Source: Pelomyxa schiedti (Eukaryota > Protista > Evosea). Taken from it: DNA of 64,000 nucleotides. The position numbers were made by a program, and so were the translations under genes. The notes beneath the pieces are model-generated. The model was not told the origin of the DNA. It did not search any database and was given only the letters and a program-made list of their open reading frames with translations. The stretch covers positions 1 through 64,000 of the forward strand of contig JAHLWZ010000843.1 of the NCBI GenBank assembly GCA_020536535.1. The letters run 5' to 3'. This document shows positions 28,101 to 39,575 of the stretch, one piece after another (positions within the stretch are counted from its first letter, which is position 1; every line of letters starts with the position of its first letter).

Positions 28101-29290
28101 GTGTGTATCTGCTCACCTCATTTCAAGAAGGAATAACATTGTGAAGGAAGAAGGAGGCCTTAATTGGTTTGGTTCTGCTGAGTCATTAAATCCTCCTTAT
28201 GTACCGCAACTGGCTCCTGAGTCTTTTTGGACTGCCTCTCTTGTTTGTGCTCATGACTGTTTTTAATAATTCTAACACTACTTGAAAGGTCACCAGATTT
28301 AAAGCGATCTCTGGGTTGACAGGAAAAGTCCTCCTCACTGGCCGCACACAAATGCACTCTGCACGACTCCTAGACCTCCTTTCACAACAAGGCCTTCAAT
28401 TTGATTTGGTGATTGTGCGCGAGCTCCAACGCGCACCTGGTCACCAATCAGGCTTATCTGATTGCCTTCGCACAGTAATTGGGTCTTGGTGCATGCCCTC
28501 TCTTCGATTCAAACAGGAGGCAATTAAGCATCTGCTACAGGCCAATCCACATGTTCACACTATCGAGCTTTGGGATGATAATGAAGCACAGATGACTGAA
28601 ATAGCCAAGCACGCAACACTGTTTAGTTCACCAGGAACGACCACTTCTTCACACCTTGTGGTACCCCACAGAACGATTCTGTCCCAAACTGCGGAACGCG
28701 ACCTCGTATCGCGACTAATTGCCAGTTCTCCTAACAAATTCTCGCTCCATGAAACTACCTCCTACGTTGCAGCCGTACTGAACCCAGCCAGCAAAGAGAG
28801 GTTACTTTCAGCCATAACCATTCCAGAAGGCTGGACAATTCATGCCACGCACATGACTATTCACCTCGGTCCCGTGCGAAACAAACCCTCACGCGAATCC
28901 AAACCCAAAGCCAACCCCAAAGGTGCCAACAAAAAATCCGGCAAAACCTCAAAGGCAAACAAAAGGGGACCAGATAGCACAAATTCCGACGAAGAGGACA
29001 ACAACAATTCCACTGAATCAGTGCACTACAAACTAGGAGAGCAAATGGAAATAATAGCTACTGCAGTGGGAAGAACAGCCAAGGCTCTTGCTGTCAAAGT
29101 GGAGGGAGTTCCAACAAGCAGGAGATTGTGTGACACCGGTGGGGTACCACACGTCACAATTGCAACTAACACTGCTGGAGGCAAGCCAAAGGACAGCAAG
29201 GAGATTCACGCGTGGGAACCTCTTGCCGCTCCCATAACCCTCACCGGCCTAGTCACCGCTGTGCAACAGTTAAGCCTCACAGCGACGTGA
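25182..29290 (+). CDS. Multi-domain RNA repair protein: Rnl1-type RNA ligase + nucleotidyltransferase-like + HAD phosphatase + 2H phosphodiesterase
   Basis: Ligase: CRGLVL, ARPFDKFLNYGE, EKIDGT, FELVSP, LYLLGAR, EGFVAVD, RVKVKHPAY. NTase-like: HGSEDSVDLDV. HAD: IFDFDATLFASP, LLTGR, IELWDD. 2H: HMTI and HVTI. Short GT-AG introns join all parts in frame. Confidence 0.88.
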
Positions 29291-29449
29291 CACCGGCACC
29301 AACAAGCACAACAAAAAGAAAACCAAAACCCAAAAAAAGAAGCGACACATTTCCGTTTCCTGTCATTTTCACAAAACACACCAAAACCTCGTTATGTGTA
29401 CAACGAAACTTAGTGACACAGCACAGAAAACCAACAAACAACAAAAAAA

Positions 29450-30377
29450 ATGGGAAACGGACCGTCGAAAGCAGAGCTCGAGGAGCTTCATAGACAGTTT
29501 GGAAGTACCTTTTCATAAGCCTCTTTGAAACAACAAAATTGCCCACCTTTCATACACATAACCGAAACCGTTTGCAAGTCGATTGAGAATTAAAACGCAA
29601 CAACGATGCGGCCATTGACTCGACCCATAAGTTAGCATCGAGGACCTCAAGACACACGCCAAGGCGTTCAGAGAGGTCAATGGCGCGATGACATTGGCAG
29701 ACTTTAGGAGATTCTCAATGGAGTCGTCGACGCAGCTACCACCAGGAGTCATTGAGAAGATATTTTTCGCTTTTGACAGGAACAGAGACGGGTTTGTTTC
29801 TGCCACCCCCCCCTTTTTTTTCCCCTTTTGCTCATTGGGACCAAAAGGAGAATAGATGTCAGAGAGTATTTGATGATGATATCCTTAACTAGAGGAGGAA
29901 CTCTTGGTAAGTCCAAATAATTGTTATAGCACAAAGTGTAACAGTGGGGGGGAAAAAAAAATTCCAGATGAGAAACTACAGGGTAAAAAAATGTGCTGAT
30001 GATACGTTCCATTCATTGTATTTCACAGCTTCATTTGATATCTTTGATTCCAACAGAGATGGGAAACTCGAGAAGTATGAAGTCCGAAGTCTACTTGAAG
30101 CCGCCAACGTCACAGTATCCTCCGCCCCTTAATTCCTTCTCTACTTAATGAATATTAGTATGCCGGTTCTATAAGCCTTGGACTTACGCCACAGATGGAA
30201 GCTCACGTAAATGATCTTGTTGAACAAACCTTTGAATTGTCAGATACCAATCATGTAGGTGATTCCATAATTTTTTTCAATTCCAACATGAAACAGGACG
30301 GTTTTATTGATAGGGAAGAATTTGTCCACGCCTTCAAGACACACCCCAAAGTACTTGAATTTTTCAAGCAGTTATGA
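29450..30377 (+). CDS. N-myristoylated EF-hand calcium sensor (NCS/recoverin/calcineurin B-like)
   Basis: MGNGPS myristoylation-type start; EF loops DRNRDGRIDVRE, DSNRDGKLEKYE and DTNHDGFIDREE; RGGTLDEKLQASFDIFD uses a 15-nt microexon at 29968-29982. Confidence 0.92.
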
Positions 30378-30651
30378 GACTCTAGCTCTCTATACAAGTA
30401 ATATAAAACACTATCCTATAAAATAGTTCTTTCCTCGAATCCCATCACTTTCTCATTCAACACCAATAATCACTCAAGACTTCCATGTTCGGAGGTTGGT
30501 CGTGTCTTGTGAAATGTTCCTTAGGCTCTGTGCCACTATCGAATTTCACTTTGTGGCTCTTCTTAGAATATAATGACGATTTTAATTCATGCTAAGTTTT
30601 GGATTGTACACAATAGGGAAAGAAGCCAACCAGTCTGCCTTTGTGGGGATG

Positions 30652-33047
30652 TCAGCTCTTTTTTCTCTGGGCTGTGTCTGTTTGGTTTTGTCTGGGGGAG
30701 GTGGTTTGTAGGGAGGGTGTTGTTGATGGGGTTGGGGTAGCGGCTGTTGGGTTCGGCAAGGCCGGTGAGGGTGCTGCTGGGACGGTGGAGGGAGTGGCAG
30801 ACGAGGGAGAGGATGTGGATGGTGTGCTTTGTTTTTGGAAGCAGCTGTCGCAAACCCGCTGCTTGAAGGTCTCCGAGGGAAGCATCAATTTGCTTTTGGA
30901 ACATCCACCACATACGACTTTCCCACATAGCCTGCAGTGGTGCTGTTTTCCGCGATGTAAGGGAAAGAACATGAAGAGAATGTGGAACATGCCCTTCTAT
31001 TGAGTATGCCAAAGTCAGTATCACATATCACGCAGTTACGTGTTTCCCCGTCGGGCTGATAGCGGTTTCTTCTTGTAAAAACGGAGAGGGGTTACTAACC
31101 TGCCACACAGGGGCCTCAAAAGACGACCCCTGATCGTTTGCTGGCTCCGCAATAACAGTGCCAGAACTGTCTTTTATAAATCGTTTCTTTTTAGATTTGA
31201 TCTTTTCATTCTTGAGTTAATGTAAATTCTAATGATTCTGTACAAACATCTTTCACAGCGTTTTGGAGGTCCGTAACCCAGGAGTTTTTCTCTTCAGGGG
31301 TTTCTGTATAGGCAACAAATGATTTCTTTGCTGAGGCAATCTTGTGGACCATCAGCAAGGCACTGTCTGTGTGGGAGTACAGACCGAAAAAGCGTTTTGC
31401 AGTTTATCAGTATCAGCAATATCTTCGATATGCTTTACTTCCTCGAGTTGTAGAACTACTTGTCTTCCACCGTCATATATCAGAATATCATTAAACAGGA
31501 AGAAGGTCCGTTTTTTGTCTGTTTTGCGGCACCTCTTCCATATTTGGCCTTCTCGTAAAAACACCCGATGTGGTTCCACAAGCTAGTAAAATAAGTTTAC
31601 TTTACATCACCAAAATTGTGATGACGCACATTGAACCCAGAGAGAGGAGAACTGAGTTTCTGTTGAATTTCAAGTAATTTGCGGCCATTTTCTTGTAGCC
31701 GGATAGAGTCATTGACCTGAGCTGCTACTTCTTTGAGTTTGTTAGTCGCACCCACGAGATTGCCATAGTCTGGGTGAGTTGGGGGGGTATGGGAGACAAA
31801 ATCCTATGCATTTTGGTTGGAAAGCGTTCCAAATTAAGAAGGGAAGATAAACCAGACACCTCAAGTAGAAGTTTATATCTGGGCAGTCGTTGTACTGGCA
31901 AAATCAAAAAAGAGGGTAAATTAAGGCCTTTGCATTTCGGTTCAGTGAGCTTATCCTTACAAAATGAGTTTTTTTGGGGGAAACTCGGTTGCTGGTACTT
32001 GGAGAAATTTGGTAAAAAAGACATTTTTCTCTAAATCGTCCAGAGTGGAAAAGCAGTTATTGTAATTGCATGCATAAGTACTGTATAACTTCAGGAAGGG
32101 AATCTGACAAAGAAAGTAAACACTAATTAGATGAGTGTTAGGAAATACAAATTCAAGGAATTTGTCCCCAATTAAAGTTGTGGGTGTCCATTCGTCCATC
32201 CTTTCCTCCAACCCAGCCAATAACAAGCAATTTAACTTACAAATAAAAGTTAGAAAATAAGTACAACTCTGAAGCAAGTCACCTGCCAAATTTCTTGTAT
32301 ATTAGAGAATAAGGCATAAAGTTTGTCTGGAGGTATCTGATCAGATTTCATCAGTGGCTTGAGAAACACCTTCTCAACTATTAGCAGATAAGTTGGCACA
32401 TATTAAAATGCAAACCTCTACGCAAACGTGTATCTGCTCAACATATGTCCTCTCAGTGGTAAGTATTTCTTTTGCAATGTGGTTTCGCTTGTCGTCCGGG
32501 GTGCTGTTTTTGTTAGTCACTGCTGCAGAAACCGGTTTTAGCTCTTCGTGGATCGGGTGTTGGGGCTTAAACAGCATTGTATTCCGGCTATACATGCTAT
32601 TGCGTGGAAGTGATGTTGTCCCAAGAACAGACTTTCTGACCTGAAATAAAATGAACAAGTGGAGATTGTGGGCGATTGGCGTACGTCGGCCCCACTGTTC
32701 GCAGAGTTTGCGCTGGTGCCATTGGCCGTTTGCCCACCGTTACTTCCGGGGGTTGTTCCGGAAGCGTATAGCCCCTGATGGGGCAGTGAGGTTGCCTTTG
32801 GCAAAAACCCTGATGTGTTTGGTAGAGGTACAACAGGACCAGTAACGGCCGATTTGCTGCGTGTCAGCTTAGCACTAGCAGATGTATTGGTGTTGGCGTT
32901 TGTGTTTGTGTTAGCGCCGTTTGCTGTGGTTGAAGACTGGGAGAGATTCGAAGAAGTGCTCGTAGCGGCACCACTAGCCGGCACACTGGCACGTTGCACA
33001 GATCCCGAAGCACCAAGAGACGATGACGACGACGTTTTGTGCAGCAT
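30652..33047 (-). CDS. FGD-like RhoGEF (DH) - PH - FYVE protein
   Basis: KRNHIAKEILTTERTYV, LPSFLILPVQRLPRYKLLL, RVFLREG..FFLFNDILIY, APVWQPD..CVIC..RRHHCRLCGKVVCGGCS..RVCDSC. Start and extreme 3' end uncertain (may extend to about 30457). Confidence 0.9.
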
Positions 33048-33201
33048 GCTGCACCCAACACCACTCGGTTTGTTTTATTAATGTTTATGGGCAGTGAGAT
33101 CTCTTTCCCTTCTTTCAGGACAATCATGCCACACAAAAACCCAGTTTCACGAAACTCTGAAAGTAAACGATTTTTTTGGCAGGTGTTGCCTGCCAGTTGA
33201 G

Positions 33202-34408
33202 ATGGCAACATGCAATGCCCCGGTTATTACAGTTCATGATTATAAGTTGGTGGATGGAGATCCCTTGTCGGGTCCCGGGGTGGTTCCGTTTCAGGTCTGT
33301 CGCGTTCTCTTTGCTTTTTGATTGGGGGCGTTGGCGTCGCTGGGAGGAGGAGATCTCGGCACCACATTGACTCTCTTTTGCAATTGATTGGGTACAGCTG
33401 CTTTCGGACCTGCACCAGGAACTCGCTTGTCAAGACCAGTTTACGTGGGAAGTAAATGCCCCATACCTGGTTTTGTGTGGCGACACAGCTAATGGTACTA
33501 CATCTGCTTTTGGTGATTTCCTGCGGAAACAATCTCCTCGGTATCGAGGGATTTTTGTGGTTCCTGGGAATGTATGTCACCCATTGCTATTTAAAAAGAG
33601 AAAACCTCCTTTACAGCACGAATTCTACAAAAATGAATACCATGGAACACGACAAGCAATGCAAGCTCTCGAAGCAATCCCCAATGTACATGTTCTCGAC
33701 AGGAAGACATGCGTTGTAGAGGGAATAAAGTTGATTGGTGCCACTCTGTGGTCACAGACCGCTTCATCACAGCTCAACGACTTCACACTCATCAAAATTG
33801 CAGAGCCTGATGGGTATGCTGCTTTTTCTTACTGCTTTGCCTCCTCACTTTTTTTTTCTTTTTCCGACACAGGTCTACAAGGAAGCTAACTCCAAAAGAT
33901 ACCACGGCCTTTTTCCAACAAGAACTGGAATTTATAAAATCAGAAGTTGCAAGTGCTAAGGCCGCAGGTCAGCGTGTTTTAGTACTTACTCATCATTGTC
34001 CGTTGCGGAATGAACCCGGTTTTTCCACTGACTTGAGTTCATTTATTAAGAGCAACAAGCACATTTGTGTGTGGATGTATGGTCATACTCACTATTCCAT
34101 AAGAACGAGGTTTTTCCTGCTTTATGAATAACATCTCACTCAGCCCCAGATGTGGATCAACCCTCGTTATCAGCAATCAACTGGGGTATGCATATCAAAT
34201 GGGGGAAGTAGACAATAACTTCCATCCCGAATGTGTTGTGGCTATCAAGGCACCAACTGGTGACAGCAACGTCTGGGCAGGCAATTCCATCAAGCGAGCC
34301 AAACACCTTGAAGAGCTTGCAATGGAGGCCAAAATGGCCGCAACCCCAACAACTGCAGCACCTCCTCCACCCCCACCACCAAAAAAGCCCATGAAGAAAT
34401 CTTCATGA
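33202..34408 (+). CDS. Calcineurin-like metallophosphoesterase
   Basis: Spliced motifs LSDLH, LCGD, VPGNHEFY, GATLWS, LTHHCP, WMYGHTH and SNQLGY. Confidence 0.92.
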
Positions 34409-34758
34409 AGAGAACAATTCACTCAATAGCAAATCACTTAGGTGTTAAGAATGTGAAGGAAAAGGTGAGAAATGTGCCGGACTGGACTGGGGTACCATTT
34501 CCCATCCCACAATTTAGTTCCACCGAAGAAAGAAACCTTTTTTATCGGGGATGATGAGAAAATGAATCTGGGGGTGGGTGAGAGGAGATTGGGCTGATGC
34601 ACGATCGTGTTGGTTGCGGATATCCCCTGGCTCGTGTTGTGCATTTCCCCATTGCCCTCACTCAAACCCAAAAAAATGAATACTTAATTAAATAATTTTT
34701 TTTATGTATTCCCGTTTGGACTTGTTGGGAGTTCTGGCATACAACTTTTAAAGATAAC

Positions 34759-35916
34759 TTAGAGGAATGCAAGTGTGGTTGAACTGTGGGGATAGCACCG
34801 AGTACGGAAACGGCACAGAGTCAATCCAGTCTGTGAATCAATCACAGCCCTGCATATGGTTGATGCGCCTGTTGAGGTTTCTTTTCCCGCAATGAGGCCG
34901 CGGTCCATGAGGGGCTGGTATTCATCATTTGGAAAAATGATAGAAGTGCAGGGTTGGCAGGTGAACACATTGTATGTGGCTTTCCCAGCCCTCACCAGCT
35001 CGTTGCCGGCCTTGCTGAAGCCCAGCCACCCAGTAGACAGCTTTGTCCTCTCACCTGTTGTGAGGTTTGAAACAAAGGCACCACAGGCACCATCATTCTC
35101 CACAGCAAAGGAGTGACCACTGGCATCATCAACGAAGAGGCAGGGGGGGGTGACATAGCACGACTCCCGTGTGGTCAGCTCCCTTCCCTCCTTCACAACA
35201 ACCAGGGACCCTGATGAAAAGCTCCTTTCCAGGTCCACAGTCATCACATTCCTCACGTGATCATATAGGCTCCTCATAAACTTGGCCAGAACTGAAGCCT
35301 CGTCACCGAACCCAATCAGGCCAGGCACAGTGTGTGAGAACACAACGTCAACATTCCAAGAATCCGGGATTTCAAGCGACACCCACAATGACTCAGGGGA
35401 GGGAATCGCTCTGTGGATGAATAGATTGCCTTTTGTGAAGCCCAGAGCCCACTTGTGGTTCCCCCAGAACCTGGAGATCTGCAACTCGGGAGTCCGGATG
35501 GTCCATACCCTGTTGTGACCAGGGCTCTTGGACCAGTCAATGATCTGGCTGGAGAACTGGCTGGAGACGGTCCCCTGCTTTCTGTAACACCTTGCCAGGA
35601 GCCTGTCACACCCCAGCCAGCACGAAAAGGTGTGGTCGTGGGTCCATTCGTCGGTCTCCTCGGCGCTGATGACGCCAAGCGTGGCGCCGATCGACGCGAC
35701 GATGTTCCGGCACGACTCGTTCACGCTCTTGACAATGAAGCGCCGCGCGGGAGTGAGCACCCAACGCTCGCCGATGAGCCTCACGACGTCGTTTGTGACG
35801 CGAGGTGGCCCCACAAACGACCGATTCCGGATTGTGGGCGGTGGGCACAACGCAAAGCACATCGCAACGGCTTGGTCTCGTGCGTCGATCGCAACTTCAA
35901 CAGTGCACGGGTGCAT
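34759..35916 (-). CDS. Intronless hypothetical protein (about 385 aa) with an N-terminal helical box-like motif and beta-rich body
   Basis: Uninterrupted 400-codon ORF, first ATG at 35916; N-terminal DARDQAVAMCFAL..VTNDVVRLIGERWV. Confidence 0.75.
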   Translation of the reverse strand: MHPCTVEVAIDARDQAVAMCFALCPPPTIRNRSFVGPPRVTNDVVRLIGERWVLTPARRFIVKSVNESCRNIVASIGATLGVISAEETDEWTHDHTFSCWLGCDRLLARCYRKQGTVSSQFSSQIIDWSKSPGHNRVWTIRTPELQISRFWGNHKWALGFTKGNLFIHRAIPSPESLWVSLEIPDSWNVDVVFSHTVPGLIGFGDEASVLAKFMRSLYDHVRNVMTVDLERSFSSGSLVVVKEGRELTTRESCYVTPPCLFVDDASGHSFAVENDGACGAFVSNLTTGERTKLSTGWLGFSKAGNELVRAGKATYNVFTCQPCTSIIFPNDEYQPLMDRGLIAGKETSTGASTICRAVIDSQTGLTLCRFRTRCYPHSSTTLAFL

Positions 35917-36076
35917 ATTGGGAAAAAATTTTGGAGTCTCCAACTGGTTTTCAAAGACCAAGTTGGGATAAGAACGGTGTTACTCCACGTTCGTTTGGGG
36001 GTGAAAAGTGTAGGGATGGAAGAGAATACCGAGGAACAAAAACATTCTTTTGTGTTTTTGGGACAATTGGCCCATA

Positions 36077-38572
36077 CTATGATCGTGGCTTTTTTGCGGT
36101 TGTGGGGCTGTTTGGGGGTGAGTTTGGTAGTGACGAGGACGAGGAAGGAGAAGGGGATGGCGACTGGTGGTGCCTTCGTTTGCTTCCTTTGTGGCTGTGC
36201 CTATGGCTGTGACTGTGGCCGTGTTTGTGGTGGTGTTTGTGGTGCCTCCGGTGTGCCCCATTGTCACTGCTGTCACCAGCACCCGGACCAGCCGCAGCGT
36301 CAGCGGTAGCGGTAGCAGTAGCACCACCACGTGTGTGCCTGTCTCTATCGGAATCGGAAGCGGAGGAAGAATTGTGCCCTTTGTCTCTGCTGGATTCCCT
36401 TTCCTTCCGGTGCCGGCTTTTGTGATGTGAACTCTCTTGTTCCAGTAAGGAACGGAGTTTATCGGCAGCTGCATTTGGTGGGGTTTCGTGGATGGGGGAT
36501 CTATTAATTGAATCGACCTGGAGGAAAATGCAATGTGAGTAGGAAACCAGTTGAGGAAGAACCTACTTGTTTCCTGACACCCAAAAGATATGTCGCGGCG
36601 CGAGGGTGGTTTGGGTTAATCCTTAGTGCAGCTTGAAATTTTGGGATGGCTTGTTCAAGTTGATTCAGTTTGACATGCCTATCCAAGAGTGAACAAATCT
36701 TTGGAGTTGAACGTGAACTTACGCACAACCCCAGGCAACATGGGCATCGGCATAATTTGGTACCACTTCAAGTACTTGTTTATACAGTGAAATTGCTTTA
36801 GCAGGATCTCCAGGTGTTTTATTGGCTATTTCCAATCCTCGTTCAACACTGGGTAGATATACAACCATGTTTTGGATTTGTAGACAGAGATTTGAATTGT
36901 ATGAGCCCAGGGAATTGAAAGATGAAAAAGGTCCTCCAGCAATGACAGAACACAATAAGGCATCCCCTCCTTCACGGAAAGGAGGGGGAAGAAGGAGTAT
37001 ATCGAAGAAACAGAGAAGAGGCAGATGGACCACCAAGGTGGGTTTTATGGCATATATTTATAGGTTTTAAAAGCGCAAGGAAACGTATGCAATTTGGATT
37101 GTGGAAGATTATCTAGAGTACATAAGTAATGGACATAAACTTCTTTTATAAAAAGTCTTGGCATACATGCAGTTGGTTAAGTAGCAACAGTAATCAATGA
37201 AGGCACGTAAAAAGTTAACAGGGGAGGGTGCAGGAAAAATGTGAAACAAAGAAAATATATAAATATATGCGTGTGTTTGAAAAGAGAGTGAGAAGAAAGC
37301 GGGGACGTGCGTTTCTTTTGCCCATTGATTGTTTTGTTGGTCTCTTATCAAGGTGTACATGTACTTCTTTGGTACCCTTCCAAATGATTGAGCGAAAATA
37401 TTAAAAATTGAATGTTCTTACGGCACTTTAGGCAGCATTGAACCTGCTTCATCCAATGCGTAGGCTACATAATGATGAATAAGTGGAAAGAATAAAAATA
37501 ATGTAAACCTTCTGTGAGTAGTTCAAGTGCGTGAGGGTTATGGAACAGTTGATTAGAGTTCAACAAATCACAAAAAGTTGCTGAAGAAGCCTCAAAAAGG
37601 CTTTAGAAGATCACAATTACCCAGAAAAATACCTTGGCCCACATGGATTGCACAGAGAAGACATTGCTATTTCGGAGACTCAGGTTCACTCGCTCAGATT
37701 CAACATCGACACTTACAACAGCAGCTTGGAGTGTTTAGAACAAAACAGAAAGGGGACATAATACCTAAAATAGAGTCCCCTTCCCGGAAGTCGTCAATTG
37801 ATATTGGAGTTGATTCTAGTTTCGATTTCCTATCATCGGGGCTGTCATCTAAGATATGGCACATGCCCTATGACATACTTAAATAAACATGGAGTGTGAG
37901 GAAAAGTGAAAGATACTTTGACACCCAAGTCACAAAGAAGTGGGAGAGCCCGAGCAGACACCCTCAATTCTGCCGAAATGGACACTACTGCGTGTCGCAA
38001 TCTGACAAGAAGACCGTAGGCTCTCTTGGATTCCACGACAGCTTCCACAACACACTCCCCTACGACTTGCTTCAATTCCTTTTTGTTGGTTTGTGGTTTG
38101 GAAAAAAACAGAGTAGGAATAGAAGGAAAAACCGTGAATGCCAAGTTTCTCCAGTACACTTCGTCATGCTGCCTGGTCACTGGAGTGCTAATAGCACGTA
38201 CCTGAGGTCCTGCAAACGAGCACAAAGATGGCATAGTAACGAAGCCACACGCCTCGCTATCGCCTGGTAAAATGAATAAAACAAATAGAGGAAAGGCAGT
38301 CAGCGTTAAGTAAAGCGTGTTTGATTTGGAAAAAAACCAACCAAGTGCACGCGAAATAGTGTCCTTCTCGATAGATGCTTTGACGGTCTCTTGCACGTGC
38401 TGACCAACGATATCATGCGAAACGAGAGCGAGTAGCCGTTCTTTCAACGCTGCACCGCAATCACCGTAACACGGAAACCTTACGCGGAGTGTTGATAGCG
38501 GCGCCAAAGATGGACACAAACATACCTTAAAGAACAATCGGGGTCCGATGGTGACACGGTAGATCCCGACAT
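36077..38572 (-). CDS. TTC14: Tetratricopeptide repeat protein 14-like (S1-like region + TPRs + His/Ser/Arg-rich tail)
   Basis: VEAVVESKRAYGLLVRL (S1-like), FHNPHALE, IRDQQNNQWAKETVERGL, AISLYKQVLEVVPNYADAHVAWG, FQAALRINPNHPRAATYL, DKLRSLLEQE. Confidence 0.8.
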
Positions 38573-38804
38573 GGTACCACAGGACAAGCTCTGAAATGAC
38601 TTCGAATTTCTCTGTTTTCTTCCCAGAACACAAAGATGATGATAATCAACTCATCTCAGCCGAGGACAAAAAGGGCGATTGGCACAACACCTCATAAAAA
38701 TGAGACGGACGAGATAAGATGGGAACCCCGGCCCATCTGTCAAAAAGAAATTACGACCGTAATGAGATCGTAACCATTAATACAAAAAACCCTGTAAAGT
38801 AATA

Positions 38805-39321
38805 ATGGCATCGACAACAGCCGTCACTGCGAGCAACGAAAGAAATCCCGATTTCAACGATCGTCCCGACTTCGTTGCAATGGTCATTCATCGAGGCAAC
38901 CATAAGCGCGAAGTACTGACCAAGCTGCCAGTCGAGATCCAACAAAGAGTGTAAGTGTCTTCCAAATCAACGACTAATCTTTCTTGTTCCGCGTAGTTTG
39001 CTTACAATTAATTAACCATGCGTGATCGCGCTAACAAACCACGACAGTGCGCGCGCGAGTATGCAATCACACAGGTATACGTATATAAAGTTCGGTTCTC
39101 TGGAAGACTTGTACTATTGCCTGGGCTGTTTTGGCGAAAAGGCAATGATACCTACGTCTGTGCCCGGCTTCTGGGGGAAATTTGAGTCCCCCTTTGGACT
39201 CTACGCACCCCCTATCGCCTCCCCGCAAGGCCACATTGCCCCTCCATCGTCGCCGGCCGTGGCGCACCCGCCCTGTCAACAGCAGGCAGTGACTTTCAAA
39301 CACGAGCCAATTGATCACTAA
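38805..39321 (+). CDS. Small two-exon protein (about 130 aa) with an F-box-like motif
   Basis: ATG at 38805 and intron 38951-39074 (GTAAGT..CAG) give MASTTAV..DFVAMVIHRGNHKREVLTKLPVEIQQRVYTYIKFGSLEDL..HEPIDH*. Confidence 0.6.
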
Positions 39322-39575
39322 TTCACTTACCCAAACAGCCACTATCGCCTCACCACTCCAACGAAATGTGGCCAGTGGATAAGAACTATCTTTAATAACA
39401 TTGGCCCCAAATTGGCACAAAGCTTCAGCTCCAACTTTTCCTATCTCCTGTAACGACCAACCACTTGTAATCTGTTTTGTTCTGGTGTATCAGATTGCTG
39501 AGCAAAAATGTACATAGGGATTCTTCCCACTCTTTTTCACATACAAACAATTTGTCATGGCACTCAACAGTGCGT

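Noticed and set aside
20529-36474. Long antisense ORFs (e.g. 20529-21134, 25190-25946, 35455-36309, 35980-36474)
   Set aside because: These are shadows or alternative frames of GC-rich, low-complexity coding sequence of genes already called.
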